Of a DNA stretch of 64,000 nt, positions 28,715-39,300 are shown in pieces; within the stretch, counting starts at the first letter, position 1; every line of letters begins with the position of its first letter. The stretch comes from an uncultured delta proteobacterium (GTDB lineage: Bacteria; Myxococcota; Myxococcia; Myxococcales; Anaeromyxobacteraceae): the NCBI GenBank assembly GCA_963737085.1, contig CAVTRR010000005.1, positions 173,409 to 237,408 of the forward strand, in the 5' to 3' direction. The notes under the pieces were generated by a model. The model did not search any database and was not told where the DNA came from. It saw only the letters and a program-made list of their open reading frames with translations. A program made the translations under genes and the position numbers.

Positions 28715-30784
28715 TCAGCAGGGCATCTCGGCCTTGCGGCGCGAGTAGAACCACCAGGTGACGGCGAGGCAGGACACGTAGACGGCGATGAAGCCGAGGA
28801 ACGCCGCCGCCGGGCTGCCGGTGGACTTCATCGAGACGCCGAACGCGCGCGGGATGAAGAAGGCGCCGTAGGCGGCGATGGCGGAGCTGAAGCCGAGCAC
28901 CGCGGCCGCCTCCTTGGCGGCGTCCTTCTTGCCCTGCTCGCGCGCGGCGGCGCCGCGCCCCTCCGCGAGCCGCTCGTGGTGGGTCGAGAAGATCACCGGG
29001 ATCATGCGGAACGTGGAGCCGTTCCCGACGCCGGAGGTCGCGAAGAGGAGGAGGAACATGGCGAGGAAGCCGGGGAAGCTCCCGCCCGCGCCGCCCTCGG
29101 GGAGGAAGGCCAGCACGCCGCCCGCCGCCGCCGCCATGGCGACGAAGTTCCAGAAGGTGACGCGCGCGCCCCCCAGCTTGTCGGAGAGCCAGCCGCCCAC
29201 CGGGCGCACGAGGGCGCCCACGAGCGGGCCGAGGAACGCGTAGCGGATGGGATCGATGCCGGCGAACTGTGTCTTGATGAGGAGCGGCAGCCCGGCCGAG
29301 TAGCCGATGAAGGAGCCGAAGGTGCCGACGTACAGCCAGCACATGATCCAGTTGTGCTTGCGGCGGAAGACCACCGCCTGCTCGCGGAACGAAGCCTTCG
29401 CGCTCGCGATGTCGTTCATGCCGAGCCAGGCGGCGGCCGTCGCCGCGAGGACGAACGGCACCCAGACGAACCCGGCGTTCTGCAGCCAGAGCAGCTCGCC
29501 CGTCTTCGCCACCGTCTGCGGGCCGCCGCCGAGGCCGCGGAACACGCCGGCGGTGATGACCAGCGGCACGAGGAACTGCATGCCGGAGACGCCGAGGTTC
29601 CCGAGGCCGGCGTTGAGGCCGAGCGCCGTGCCCTTCCTCGCCTTGGGGAAGAAGAAGCTGATGTTGGCCATGCTGGAGGCGAAGTTCCCGCCACCGAGGC
29701 CGCACAGGAGGGCGAGCACGAGCATGGTGCCGTAGGACGTGGTCGGATCCTGCACCGCGAACCCCATGCCGAGCGCGGGGAGCACGAGCGAGGCGGTGGA
29801 GATCACGGTCCACATCCGCCCGCCGAAGATCGGCACCATGAAGGAGTAGAAGATGCGCAGCGTCGCGCCGGACAGGCCGGGGAGCGCGGCGAGCCAGAAG
29901 AGCTGATCGGTGCTGTACGGGAAGCCGATGGCGGGGAGCCGCACCACCACCACGCTCCACACCATCCAGACCGCGAAGGAGAGGAAGAGGGAGGGGATCG
30001 AGATCCAGAGGTTCCGCGTCGCGATGGCGCTGCCGGCCGACTCCCAGAACGCGCGGTCCTCGGGGTTCCACGCGGTGAGGACGCGGCCCTCGCCGCCGGC
30101 GGCGGGCGCCTCCGCCGCGGTGCGGTCGCGGTTCCACACCACCACCTGGAACGGCCGCCACAGGTAGCCGAGCGGCACCGTCAGGGCGTGGACGAGGCGC
30201 GAGAAGGGCAGGAGCGCGAGCAGGACGAACGCGCTCACGGCGTGGAACTTCACGAGCGTGGGGAGCACGCCGGCGAGCTCGACGCGGGGGGCGAGCGCCA
30301 CGAGCGAGCCGAGCCAGGGGGCCGCGGTGTGGAGGAACCAGACCGATCCCCAGCGCAGGCTGAGGCCGATCCAGGTCCCGGTCGCGACCTGCGCGAGGAG
30401 GAGGGCGAGCACGAGCCAGTCCAGCCGCGTCGTGACGACGCGCAGGCGCGGGCTCAGCGCGCGCCGGACGAGGAGGAGCGCCACCGAGAAGGTGGCCCAG
30501 AGGCCGAGGGCGATGCCGGCGATCTCGACCGCCACGAGGCGGCGCGGGTCCGCCACCAGGGCCCCCCACGCGCCGGGCGCGACCGCGGCGACGAGGTGCG
30601 CGAAGAGGATGGCCAGGATGGCGTAGTGCCACGGCACCGAGCCCCAGAAGAGCGCCTTCTTCTCGAGGAACTCCGAGGAGCGGGTGCCGAGCGTCGTGGG
30701 GTAGCGGCGCCGGGCGGCGATGCCGACGCCCGCCACGGCGAAGGCCGCGTAGGGGAAGACGCCGAAGAGGAAGAGCTCGTTCAT
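28715..30784 (-). CDS. narI: Fusion of nitrate reductase gamma subunit (NarI) and a NarK2-type nitrate/nitrite transporter
   Basis: First ~225 aa NarI with four haem-ligand His (PWHY, FAHL, KFHA, LVHA) ending RPFQVVVWN; then in frame WNPEDRAFW, RNLWISIPSL, GGGNFASSMANISFFFP, ATSGVGNGSTF. Confidence 0.88.
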   Translation of the reverse strand: MNELFLFGVFPYAAFAVAGVGIAARRRYPTTLGTRSSEFLEKKALFWGSVPWHYAILAILFAHLVAAVAPGAWGALVADPRRLVAVEIAGIALGLWATFSVALLLVRRALSPRLRVVTTRLDWLVLALLLAQVATGTWIGLSLRWGSVWFLHTAAPWLGSLVALAPRVELAGVLPTLVKFHAVSAFVLLALLPFSRLVHALTVPLGYLWRPFQVVVWNRDRTAAEAPAAGGEGRVLTAWNPEDRAFWESAGSAIATRNLWISIPSLFLSFAVWMVWSVVVVRLPAIGFPYSTDQLFWLAALPGLSGATLRIFYSFMVPIFGGRMWTVISTASLVLPALGMGFAVQDPTTSYGTMLVLALLCGLGGGNFASSMANISFFFPKARKGTALGLNAGLGNLGVSGMQFLVPLVITAGVFRGLGGGPQTVAKTGELLWLQNAGFVWVPFVLAATAAAWLGMNDIASAKASFREQAVVFRRKHNWIMCWLYVGTFGSFIGYSAGLPLLIKTQFAGIDPIRYAFLGPLVGALVRPVGGWLSDKLGGARVTFWNFVAMAAAAGGVLAFLPEGGAGGSFPGFLAMFLLLFATSGVGNGSTFRMIPVIFSTHHERLAEGRGAAAREQGKKDAAKEAAAVLGFSSAIAAYGAFFIPRAFGVSMKSTGSPAAAFLGFIAVYVSCLAVTWWFYSRRKAEMPC

Positions 30785-31329
30785 GGGCAGGCCTCCGCCG
30801 CGCGCGCCGGGACCTCGGCGCGCGGCTCGATCGTCTCGACCGCCGCCGCGACGGCGTCGGCCCAGGGGTGCCGCGCCTCCTCGAGGGCGGCCAGCATCTT
30901 CCTCAACGCGGGGGCGAGCCCGTCGGCGAGCAGGTCGTCCCGCACGTCCGCCGGGATCGGCGCCGCGGCGAGGCGCAGCACCTCCGAGACGTGGTCCGCC
31001 AGCTCGACGCCCTCGGCGAGCCCCGCCTCGCGCCGGAGCTCCCGCAGCCCGGAGAGGAGGAGGGAGCGCTCCCGGCTCGCGCCGAAGAGCTGATCGCCGA
31101 CGTACGGGCTCGCCACCGGCGCGAGGTCGAAGGCCGAGGTGTAGGCCTCCTCGAGCGCGGCGGCGCCCGCGGCGCGCGCCCACGCGGCGAACCGCGCGAG
31201 CCGCTCGGCGGCGGCGGGGCGCTCGGCCGCGAGCTCGACGGCGCACTCCGCCGCCGTCACGGCGAGCCCCGGCGCCGGATAGGCGAGCAGGTCGGAGAGG
31301 CGCCAGAGCGTGTCCTGGGAGACCGTCAT
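30781..31329 (-). CDS. narJ: Nitrate reductase molybdenum cofactor chaperone
   Basis: LSDLLAYP, LEEAYTSAFD, SPYVG, ELADH; lies between narH and narI with 4-nt overlaps. Confidence 0.85.
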   Translation of the reverse strand: MTVSQDTLWRLSDLLAYPAPGLAVTAAECAVELAAERPAAAERLARFAAWARAAGAAALEEAYTSAFDLAPVASPYVGDQLFGASRERSLLLSGLRELRREAGLAEGVELADHVSEVLRLAAAPIPADVRDDLLADGLAPALRKMLAALEEARHPWADAVAAAVETIEPRAEVPARAAEACP

Positions 31330-32774
31330 GGCAGCGCCCCCACGGCGTGGGCGGTGGCGACGTCGAACGCCTCGCCGCGCCCGGCGGGCGGCAGCACCAC
31401 CCGCTCCTCGAGCGTCGCGAAGGTGGTGAGCCGGTGCAGCTCGGCCGCCTCGGTCCGCCCGAAGCGCGCGGCGGCGAAGGCCGCCTCGACCTCCGCGGCC
31501 TCCACGTCGCCCACCGTCTCGGCGCGCCGCCACAGCCGCAGCGCGACCAGCTTGCGGAGCGCGGCGGCCACCGGCGCCTCGTCGCCGGCGGCGAAGAGGT
31601 TCGCGAGGTAGGCGAGGGGCAGGCGGCCGCGCTCGCCGCTCGTGAAGAGCCCCTCCACCGTCTTCGCGGTGCCGTTCGCCTTCTCGGCGAAGAGGGGCAG
31701 GAGCGGCGGCACGTAGAAGACGTTCGGGAGCGTCCGCCACTCGGGGTGGAGCGGCAGCGCCATCTCCCAGCGCTTCACGAAGGTGAAGGTGGGCGACCGC
31801 CGCGCCGCCTCGATCACGCCGGGGGCGAGGCCCGAGCGCCGCGCCGCCGCCTGCACCTCGGGATCGGCAGGGTCGAGCACGAGCTCGCGCTGGGCGGCGA
31901 CGAGCTCCTTCTCGGGCCGGCGCGCCACCTCGGCGATCCGGTCGGCGTCGTAGAGCAGCACGCCCTGGAAGCGGATGCGCCCCGGGCACGCGGCGAAGCA
32001 GGCCGGCGCCTCCCCCGACTCGATGCGCGGGTAGCAGCCGATGCACTTCTCCGACCGCCCCTCCTTCCAGTTGTAGAAGACCTTCTTGTACGGGCAGGAG
32101 GAGACGCACATCCGCCAGCCGCGGCACTTCTCGGGGTTCGACAGCACGAGCCCGTCCTCGCCGCGCTTGTAGATGGCGCCGGAGGGGCAGGACGCCACGC
32201 AGGCGGCGTTCGTGCAGTGGTTGCAGGTGCGGGGGAGGTGGAAGAAGGCGAGCCGCTCCACGCCGAAGAGCTGCCCGCGCTCCTCGGGCGTGAGCGCCTC
32301 GAGGTTCGGGTCCTTCGCGGCGTACTCCTTCGAGCCCGACAGGTCGTCGTCCCAGTTCGGGCCGGCGCGCGGGATCATGTCCTTCCCGGTGACGAGCGAC
32401 ACGGGGCGCGCCGTCGGCTGCACGTCCGACTCCGCCGCCTCGAAGAGGTCGCGGTACCGGTACGTCCACGGCTCGTAGTAGTCGTCGAGCGTGGGCAGGT
32501 TCGGGTTGTGGAAGATCGCCCCGAGGGCGCCGGCCCGCCCGCCGGCCTTCAGCCCGAGCGCCCCGGCGTCCACATCCCATCCGCCCTTCCAGCGGTCCTG
32601 GTCCTCCCAGTTGCGCGGGAAGCCGGTGCCGGGCCGGGTCTCGACGTTGTTCCACCACATGTACTCGGCGCCCGGCCGGTCGGTCCACACGTTCTTGCAG
32701 ACGACGCTGCACGTGTGGCAGCCGAGGCACTTGTCGAGGTGGAAGACCGAGGCGAGCTGCGCGCGCACGTCCAT
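31326..32774 (-). CDS. narH: Respiratory nitrate reductase beta subunit
   Basis: DKCLGCHTCSVVCK, WNNVET, CNHCTNAACVASCP, CRGWRMCVSSCPYKK, CIGCYPR, PLHPEWRTLP. Confidence 0.95.
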   Translation of the reverse strand: MDVRAQLASVFHLDKCLGCHTCSVVCKNVWTDRPGAEYMWWNNVETRPGTGFPRNWEDQDRWKGGWDVDAGALGLKAGGRAGALGAIFHNPNLPTLDDYYEPWTYRYRDLFEAAESDVQPTARPVSLVTGKDMIPRAGPNWDDDLSGSKEYAAKDPNLEALTPEERGQLFGVERLAFFHLPRTCNHCTNAACVASCPSGAIYKRGEDGLVLSNPEKCRGWRMCVSSCPYKKVFYNWKEGRSEKCIGCYPRIESGEAPACFAACPGRIRFQGVLLYDADRIAEVARRPEKELVAAQRELVLDPADPEVQAAARRSGLAPGVIEAARRSPTFTFVKRWEMALPLHPEWRTLPNVFYVPPLLPLFAEKANGTAKTVEGLFTSGERGRLPLAYLANLFAAGDEAPVAAALRKLVALRLWRRAETVGDVEAAEVEAAFAAARFGRTEAAELHRLTTFATLEERVVLPPAGRGEAFDVATAHAVGALP

Positions 32775-32785
32775 GGCGGGGCCTC

Positions 32786-35700
32786 CTAGAAGCGCGGCTC
32801 GCCCTCGAGCTTCCGGACGAGGACGTAGGTGTCGCGGTTGTTGCCGGTCGGGCCCCAGTAGTTGAAGCCGTAGGTGAACTGGCCGTAGCCGCCGAGCATG
32901 AGGGTCGGCTTCAGCCGCACCCGCGCGAGGCTGTTGTGGCTGCCGCCGCGCTTGCCGCCGCGCGAGGGGGCGCGCGGTACGGAGATGGTCCGCTCAGGCG
33001 CGTGGTACTGGATCGCCATCCCGGTCGGCACGCGCGCGCTCACCACCGCCTTCGTGACGACGACGCCGTGGTCGTTCACCACCTCGACCCAGTCGTCGTC
33101 GGCGAGGCCGAGCCGCGCCGCGTCCTTCTCGCTCACCCAGAGCGGGTGGAGCCCGCGGGAGAGCGTGAGCATCCGCAGGTTGTCCCCGTACGTGGAGTGG
33201 ATGTTCCACTTGCCGTGCGGCGTGAGGTAGTTGAGCCGGATCGAGCGCCCGTCGTTCCGCGTCTCGACGAGGTCCTGCACGAAGGACGGATCGCAGCGCG
33301 GCTTGTAGGTCGGCAGCGCCTCGCCGTGGGCGAGGTAGCCGGGGTGGTCGAGGTAGAGGTGCTGGCGGCCGGTGAGGGTCCGCCACGGCACGAGCCGCTC
33401 CACGTTGACGGCGTAGGCGGTGTAGGTGCGCCCCTCGTCGATGATGCCGGTCCAGCACGGCGAGTTCAGGATGCGCCGGGGCTGGCGCCCGAGCGCGTCG
33501 AAGTCCATGCGCACGTCGCGGCTCTTCTCGGCGAGGTCGGCGAGCGGGAGCCCGACCTTCTTCTCCTCCGCCTGGAAGGCGCGGTACGCCATCTCGCCGT
33601 TGGTCTCGGGCGCGAGGCGGAGGACGAGGTTCGCCGCCTCGACCGCCGTCGCGACCGACGGGTAGGTCTTCCCGCCCCAGGTCCGCGACGGGCCCTTCGC
33701 CGCCAGCTCGTCCCAGGCGTCCTCGATCGGCCAGGAGAGGCCGTGCGCGCCGATGCCGCCCGCGCGCGCGGCGGGACCGAAGGAGGTGAACCGCTCGTGC
33801 AGGTGGGCGTAGTCGCGCTCGACGAGGGCGAGCCCGGGCATCGTCTTCCCGGGGACCGCGGCGCACTCGCCCTTGCGCCAGTCGCGCAGCTCCGGCTCCG
33901 CCATCTCGCCGGGCGTGTCGTGCTGGATCGGGACCGTGACGAGGTCCTTCACCGGCTCCGGCAGGTGCCGGCGCGAGAGCTCGGTCACCTTGCGCGCGAG
34001 CGCCTCGAACGCGTCCCAGTCGCTCTTCGACTCCCAGCACGGCGGCACCGCCGCCTGCAGCGGGTGGATGAAGGTGTGCAGGTCGGTGGTGTTGAGGTCG
34101 TCCTTCTCGTACCAGGTGGCCGCCGGCAGCACGAGGTCGGAGTAGAGCGCGCTCGTGTCCATCCGGAAGTTGAGGTCGACGACGAGATCGAGCTTTCCCT
34201 TCGGCGCCTGCTCGCGCCAGACGACCTCGGAGACCGACTCCTTCGCGGTCTCCTTCGCGATCGAGGCGTCGTCGGTGCCGAGGTAGTGGCGCAGGAAGTA
34301 CTCCTGCCCCTTCGCCGAGGAGGAGAGGGCGTTGCCGCGCCAGATGAGGAAGACGCGCGGCCAGTTCTCGGGCGCGTCCGGGTCCTCGACCGCGAGCTTG
34401 AGCTTCCCGTCCTGGAGCTGCCGCACGACGGAGGAGAGGACCTCCGCGTCGCCGGCCGCGCCGGCGGCGCGCGCCTCCTTCACGACGTCGAGCGGGTTCC
34501 GGTCGAACTGCGGGAAGAAGGGGAGCCAGCCCCGGCGCACCGCCCGGATCTGGTGGTCGATCGTGTGCCCGTCGACGAACGGGCCGTCCGCCGGCGTCGG
34601 GTTGAGGCGCCGCTCGTCGCTCGTCCGCTCGTAGCGCCACTGATCGGTGTGGACGTAGTGGAAGGAGGGCGTGTTCTGGAAGCGCGGCGGGCGCCCCCAG
34701 TCGAGCGCGCCGGCGAGCGTGGCCCACGGCGCGACGGGCGCGAGCTTCTCCTGCCCCACGTAGTGGTTCAGGCCGCCGCCGTTCTTCCCGACGCACCCGG
34801 TGACGAGGAGCGCGGTGATCGCGGCGCGGTAGGTGAGGTCGGCGTGGTACCAGTGGTTCACGCCGGCGCCGATGAGGATGGAGCACTTGCCGCCGGTCTT
34901 CTCGGCGGTGGTCGCCCACTCGTGCGCGAACCGCACCACGTCGGCGCGGTCGACGCCGGTGAACCGCTCCTGCCAGGCCGGCGTGTACGGGATCTCGGCG
35001 TCGTCGTCGCCCGACGGCCAGGCGCCGGGCAGGCCGCGCGAGACCCCGAACTGCGCGAGGAGCAGGTCGTAGATGGTCGTGACGGTGGCCGGGCCGGAGG
35101 CCGTCTCGATCACCTTCACCGGCACGCCGCGGCGGAGCGTCCGCCCCTCGGCGAAGTCGGAGAAGGTCACCTCGCGCACGCCGTCGTGGCCGCCGAGCAG
35201 CGAGAGCGCCGGCTCGAGCGGCTCGCCGTCGAGGCCGTCCTTCATCTGCAGGTTCCACTCGCCCTTCTTCGACTGCCAGCGGAAGCCGAGCGAGCCGAGC
35301 GGCATGCGCGGCGCGCCGGAGCGGCCGTCCCAGACGACGTACTTGAACCCGGCGTTCTCCACCGCGGCGGTCCGCGCGAGCTCGGAGGCCTTGAGGAGCC
35401 GCCCGGGCGCGAGGGCGCCGTCCCGCTCCTCCAGCCGCACGAGGAAGGGCGCGTCGGTGTAGCGGGAGAGGTAGTCGGTGAAGGCGGGCGCCTTCCCCGC
35501 CGCGTGGAAGTCCCGGAGGATGACGTGCACCGCCGCCATCCAGAACGCGCCGTCCTGGCCGGAGTGGACCGGGATCCACCAGTCGCCGTGCTTCGACGTG
35601 ACGCTCAGGTCGGGCGAGAGGACGACGAGCTTCGCCCCGTCGTGCCGGGCCTCGGAGAGGAAGTGGGCGGAGGGGGTGCGGGTGACGTCGGGGTTCGACC

Positions 35701-36406
35701 CCATCGCCACCACGTACTTCGAGTGGTACCAGTCGGCGGTCTCCGCGACGTCGGTCTGCTCGCCCCAGGTCTGCGGCGAGGCGTTCGGCAGATCGCAGTA
35801 CCAGTCGTAGAAGGAGAGGTTCACGCCGCCGAGGAGCTGGAGGAAGCGCGAGCCGGCGGCGAAGGAGAGCATCGACATCGCCGGGATCGGCGAGAAGCCG
35901 ACCACGCGATCGGGCCCGCGCGTCTTCACGGTGTGCACGATGGACGCGGCGACGATCTCGAGCGCCTCGTCCCAGGTCGTGCGGCGCAGGCCGCCCTTGC
36001 CGCGGGCGCGCTGCCAGCGGGCGCGCGCCTCCGGGTCCGACACGAGCGCCGCCCACGCGTCCACCGGGTCGGCGTGGGCCGCCCGCGCCGCGCGCCACGC
36101 GTCGGCGAGGGCGCCGCGGACGTAGGGGTACTTCACGCGCAGCGGGCTGTAGAGGTACCAGGAGAAGGAGGCGCCGCGGGCGCAGCCGCGCGGCTCGTAC
36201 TGCGGGACGCCGCCGATCGTCGGGTAGTCGCGCGCCTGCGTCTCCCAGGCGACGATCCCCTCCTTCACGTGGACGTTCCACGAGCAGCCGCCGGTGCAGT
36301 TGACGCCGTGCGTGGACCGCACGACGCGGTCGTGCTGGTTGCGGCGCCGGTACAGCTCCTCCCAGCGGCGGGACTGCGGGCTCACGATGTCGCGGATCCA
36401 GCTCAT
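32786..36406 (-). CDS. narG: Respiratory nitrate reductase alpha subunit
   Basis: [14 protein letters not shown]...EPRGCARG (FS0 ligands), [37 protein letters not shown]; no Tat signal, so cytoplasm-facing. Confidence 0.96.
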   Translation of the reverse strand: MSWIRDIVSPQSRRWEELYRRRNQHDRVVRSTHGVNCTGGCSWNVHVKEGIVAWETQARDYPTIGGVPQYEPRGCARGASFSWYLYSPLRVKYPYVRGALADAWRAARAAHADPVDAWAALVSDPEARARWQRARGKGGLRRTTWDEALEIVAASIVHTVKTRGPDRVVGFSPIPAMSMLSFAAGSRFLQLLGGVNLSFYDWYCDLPNASPQTWGEQTDVAETADWYHSKYVVAMGSNPDVTRTPSAHFLSEARHDGAKLVVLSPDLSVTSKHGDWWIPVHSGQDGAFWMAAVHVILRDFHAAGKAPAFTDYLSRYTDAPFLVRLEERDGALAPGRLLKASELARTAAVENAGFKYVVWDGRSGAPRMPLGSLGFRWQSKKGEWNLQMKDGLDGEPLEPALSLLGGHDGVREVTFSDFAEGRTLRRGVPVKVIETASGPATVTTIYDLLLAQFGVSRGLPGAWPSGDDDAEIPYTPAWQERFTGVDRADVVRFAHEWATTAEKTGGKCSILIGAGVNHWYHADLTYRAAITALLVTGCVGKNGGGLNHYVGQEKLAPVAPWATLAGALDWGRPPRFQNTPSFHYVHTDQWRYERTSDERRLNPTPADGPFVDGHTIDHQIRAVRRGWLPFFPQFDRNPLDVVKEARAAGAAGDAEVLSSVVRQLQDGKLKLAVEDPDAPENWPRVFLIWRGNALSSSAKGQEYFLRHYLGTDDASIAKETAKESVSEVVWREQAPKGKLDLVVDLNFRMDTSALYSDLVLPAATWYEKDDLNTTDLHTFIHPLQAAVPPCWESKSDWDAFEALARKVTELSRRHLPEPVKDLVTVPIQHDTPGEMAEPELRDWRKGECAAVPGKTMPGLALVERDYAHLHERFTSFGPAARAGGIGAHGLSWPIEDAWDELAAKGPSRTWGGKTYPSVATAVEAANLVLRLAPETNGEMAYRAFQAEEKKVGLPLADLAEKSRDVRMDFDALGRQPRRILNSPCWTGIIDEGRTYTAYAVNVERLVPWRTLTGRQHLYLDHPGYLAHGEALPTYKPRCDPSFVQDLVETRNDGRSIRLNYLTPHGKWNIHSTYGDNLRMLTLSRGLHPLWVSEKDAARLGLADDDWVEVVNDHGVVVTKAVVSARVPTGMAIQYHAPERTISVPRAPSRGGKRGGSHNSLARVRLKPTLMLGGYGQFTYGFNYWGPTGNNRDTYVLVRKLEGEPRF

Positions 36407-36915
36407 GGCGTCCTCCCGCCGGCGGCGGCGCGCGCGCGCCGGCCGGCTCCGCGCTTCCCGACGAGGAGGACGGCGGCGAGGAAGAGGCCCATCGCCGCCG
36501 CCACGCCCCCCGCGTACCCGGCCCCGAGCCTCGCCGCCGGCGCCCCCCTCGACTCCCCGAGGAAGGCGACGAGATCGCCGCGCTCCTCCGCCGTCACCGC
36601 GTGGCCGCGGTAGACCGGCTCCATGCTCGGGAAGACGATGTCCTCGAGCATCGCCTCGAGGCCGTCGGCGCCGAACTGCGCGTGCGCGGCGGAGAGGTCG
36701 GGCCCGAAGCTGGCGGCGCGCGCGAGGCCGTGGCCCGCGATGCCGTGGCAGGCGAGGCAGGGAGCGCCGCCCGCGACGAGCCGCGTCGACCCGACGTAGA
36801 GCCCCTCGCCGCGCCGCGCGTCGGGCGCGCGAGGCGGGACCGCGTCGGCGGCGCGGGTGGCGAGGGGCAGGGCGGCGAGGAGCGCGAGCAGGAGCGGGCG
36901 GACGGCGTCGGCCAT
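36403..36915 (-). CDS. Membrane-anchored monohaem cytochrome c (NarC-like), first gene of the nar operon
   Basis: Signal peptide, CLACH haem motif, GPDL, candidate distal Met (FPSM), C-terminal TM; overlaps the narG start. Confidence 0.85.
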   Translation of the reverse strand: MADAVRPLLLALLAALPLATRAADAVPPRAPDARRGEGLYVGSTRLVAGGAPCLACHGIAGHGLARAASFGPDLSAAHAQFGADGLEAMLEDIVFPSMEPVYRGHAVTAEERGDLVAFLGESRGAPAARLGAGYAGGVAAAMGLFLAAVLLVGKRGAGRRARAAAGGRTP

Positions 36916-36998
36916 GGCTTCCCCCTGGCGCCGCGGGCGAGCGGGCCCGAGGCGGCCACGCTCCGGCGTGAAGCACCGGATTGCGGACATTGATGGGA

Positions 36999-37014
36999 GG
37001 CATGGAGATTGCCA
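36999..37014 (-). promoter_or_regulatory. Candidate sigma-54 (-24/-12) promoter of the nar operon
   Basis: Minus strand TGGCAATCTCCATGCC has exact GG-N10-GC spacing, about 85 nt upstream of the cytochrome c start. Confidence 0.45.
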
Positions 37015-37067
37015 CGCCCCGAGGAGAACGACCCTGAGCGTGTGCAACCTATCCGGGCGCGCCGGAG

Positions 37068-37081
37068 TTGATCTCGCGCAA
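37068..37081. promoter_or_regulatory. Fnr/Crp-like box upstream of nar
   Basis: TTGAT-CTCG-CGCAA versus the consensus TTGAT-N4-ATCAA. Confidence 0.55.
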
Positions 37082-37315
37082 GCCGGCCTCCGTGTCGCGC
37101 TGCGCCGCCGTTCCGGACCGAGCTGCATCGTCGCCCTCCCGCACTCGATGACCGTTGCCATCACGCCGTTCAGCAGCGTCCGTGCCACCGTCAACCGCCC
37201 GGGATCCCTGTGGCCGCCGTGCCGGCGCACCGAGTCCTCGGTGTCCGTGCACCGCGGGGTCGGTTTGCCACGGTATTCCGAGGATTGCCCGGGAGACGGC
37301 GAGACGGCCCCGCAA

Positions 37316-37329
37316 TTGACGGCGATCAG
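37316..37329. promoter_or_regulatory. Second Fnr/Crp-like box in the cbbA-nar spacer
   Basis: TTGAC-GGCG-ATCAG. Confidence 0.4.
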
Positions 37330-37362
37330 TCAGGGGCGGCGAGGCTGCCGGCCGCGTCCCCG

Positions 37363-38403
37363 TCACGCGGCGTACCTCAGCGCCATCTTCTCGAGGGGCA
37401 CCGGGCGCAGGCGGCTCGCCTGCCCCGCGCAGCCGAAGACGACGAAGCGCTCGGTGCAGATCCCGCGGGCCGCGGCGACCGCCTCGAGCAGGAACTTCCT
37501 CGGATCGAGCTCGCCGCGCGCGCGGGCGAGGGCGCGGCGCAGCGCGCCGGTCATGGCGAGCCGGAGGTCCGTGTCGATGTTCACCTTGCGCACGCCGTTG
37601 CGGATCCCCTCGCGGATCTCCTCGAGCGGCACCCCGTACGTCTCCGCCACCTCGCCGCCGTGCGCGCGCACGACCGCGAGCCACTCCTGCGGCACGGAGC
37701 TCGAGCCGTGCATGACGAGGTGGGTCCGGGGGGTGCGCGCGTGGATGCGGGCGATGCGGGCGACGTCGAGCACGTCGCCGGTCGGACGCCGCGAGAACTT
37801 GTAGGCGCCGTGCGAGGTGCCGATGGCGATGGCGAGGGCGTCCACCCCCGTGGCGGCCGCGAACGTGGCGGCCTGCTCGGGGTCGGTGAGGAGCATCTCC
37901 CTCGTGAGGACGCCGCGCGCGCCGGCGCCGTCCTCCTCCGCGGCGGCCCCGGTCTCGAGCGAGCCGATGCAGCCGAGCTCGCCCTCCACCGACACGCCCA
38001 CCGCGTGCGCGATCTCGACCACCCGGCCGGTGACCTCCACGTTGTAGGCCCAGGGGGCGGGGGTCCGCGCGTCGGCGAGGAGCGAGCCGTCCATCATCAC
38101 CGACGTGAAGCCGGAGCGGATCGCCGCCACGCAGGCGGCCGGGGAGGCGCCGTGGTCCAGGTGGGCGACGATGGGGGTCGCCGGGTACGCCTCCACCGCC
38201 GCGTGCAGGAGGTGGCGCAGGAACGGCTCCCCCGCGTAGCGCCGCGCCCCCGCCGACGCCTGGAGGATGACCGGGCTGTCGGTCTCCTCCGCGGCCTGCA
38301 GGATCGCGTGGATCTGCTCCATGTTGTTCACGTTGAACGCGGGGACGGCGTAGCCGTGCTCCGCCGCGTGATCGAGGAGCTGCCTGGCGGTGACGAGCGG
38401 CAT
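37363..38403 (-). CDS. cbbA: Class II fructose-bisphosphate aldolase (Calvin-cycle subtype)
   Basis: [52 protein letters not shown]. Confidence 0.93.
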   Translation of the reverse strand: MPLVTARQLLDHAAEHGYAVPAFNVNNMEQIHAILQAAEETDSPVILQASAGARRYAGEPFLRHLLHAAVEAYPATPIVAHLDHGASPAACVAAIRSGFTSVMMDGSLLADARTPAPWAYNVEVTGRVVEIAHAVGVSVEGELGCIGSLETGAAAEEDGAGARGVLTREMLLTDPEQAATFAAATGVDALAIAIGTSHGAYKFSRRPTGDVLDVARIARIHARTPRTHLVMHGSSSVPQEWLAVVRAHGGEVAETYGVPLEEIREGIRNGVRKVNIDTDLRLAMTGALRRALARARGELDPRKFLLEAVAAARGICTERFVVFGCAGQASRLRPVPLEKMALRYAA

Positions 38404-38424
38404 GCGGCCTCCGGGCGCCCGGCG

Positions 38425-39300
38425 CTACGCGGCGCGGCGCTTGCGATCCATGAGCTGCAGGATCATGGGGGTGAGGATGATCTGCATCGCGACGGCCATC
38501 TTCCCGCCCGGCACCACGATGCTGTTCGCGCGGGACATGAAGGAGTCGTGCAGCATGGTGAGCAGGTAGGGGAAGTCGATGCCCCGCGGGTCGCGGAAGC
38601 GGATGACGACGAAGCTCTCGTCCGCGGTGGGGATGTCGCGGGCGATGAAGGGGTTCGAGGTGTCGACGGTGGGGACGCGCTGGAAGTTGAGGTGGGTGCG
38701 CGAGAACTGCGGGCAGACGTGGTTCACGTAGTCCGGCATGCGGCGGAGGATGGTGTCGACCACCGCCTCGGTGGAGTAGCCGCGCGCCGCCTTGTCGCGG
38801 TGGATCTTCTGGATCCACTCGAGGTTCACGATGGGCACGACGCCGACGAGGAGGTCCGCGTGGCGCGCGACGTCGACGCGGTCGGTGACGACGCCGCCGT
38901 GCAGCCCCTCGTAGAAGAGGAGGTCGGTCCCCTCGGGGAGCGGACGCCAGGGCGTGAAGGTGCCGGGCGGCTGGCCGTGGGGCGCGGCCTCCGCCTCGTC
39001 GTGCAGGTAGGTGCGCACGCGCCCGCCGCCGGTCTCGCCGTAGACGCGGAAGAGCGCCTCGAGCTCCTCGAAGAGGTTCGCCTCCGGCCCGAAGTGGCTG
39101 AAGTGCGGGTTCCCCATGCGGCCGGCCTCGACCATGGCGGCCCGCATCTGCGCGCGGTCGTAGCGGTGGAAGGCGTCGCCCTCGACCATCACGGCGCGGA
39201 TCGCCTCGCGCCGGAAGATCTGGTCGAAGGTGCGCATCACCGACGTGGTCCCCGCGCCTGACGACCCCGTCACGGCGATCACCGGGTGGCTCATCGACAT
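38425..39300 (-). CDS. cbbP: Phosphoribulokinase (proteobacterial type)
   Basis: AVTGSSGAGTT P-loop, EGDAFHRYDR, FSHFGPEAN, YEGLHG, EWIQKIHRD, NFQRVPTVDTSNPF; GGAGGAG SD. Confidence 0.95.
   Translation of the reverse strand: MSMSHPVIAVTGSSGAGTTSVMRTFDQIFRREAIRAVMVEGDAFHRYDRAQMRAAMVEAGRMGNPHFSHFGPEANLFEELEALFRVYGETGGGRVRTYLHDEAEAAPHGQPPGTFTPWRPLPEGTDLLFYEGLHGGVVTDRVDVARHADLLVGVVPIVNLEWIQKIHRDKAARGYSTEAVVDTILRRMPDYVNHVCPQFSRTHLNFQRVPTVDTSNPFIARDIPTADESFVVIRFRDPRGIDFPYLLTMLHDSFMSRANSIVVPGGKMAVAMQIILTPMILQLMDRKRRAA

Noticed and set aside
32786-36406. Possibility of a periplasmic nitrate reductase or nitrite oxidoreductase (Nxr)
   Set aside because: No Tat signal, and NarJ, NarI and two NarK porters fit cytoplasmic Nar. 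Only a tree could formally exclude cytoplasmic-type Nxr.
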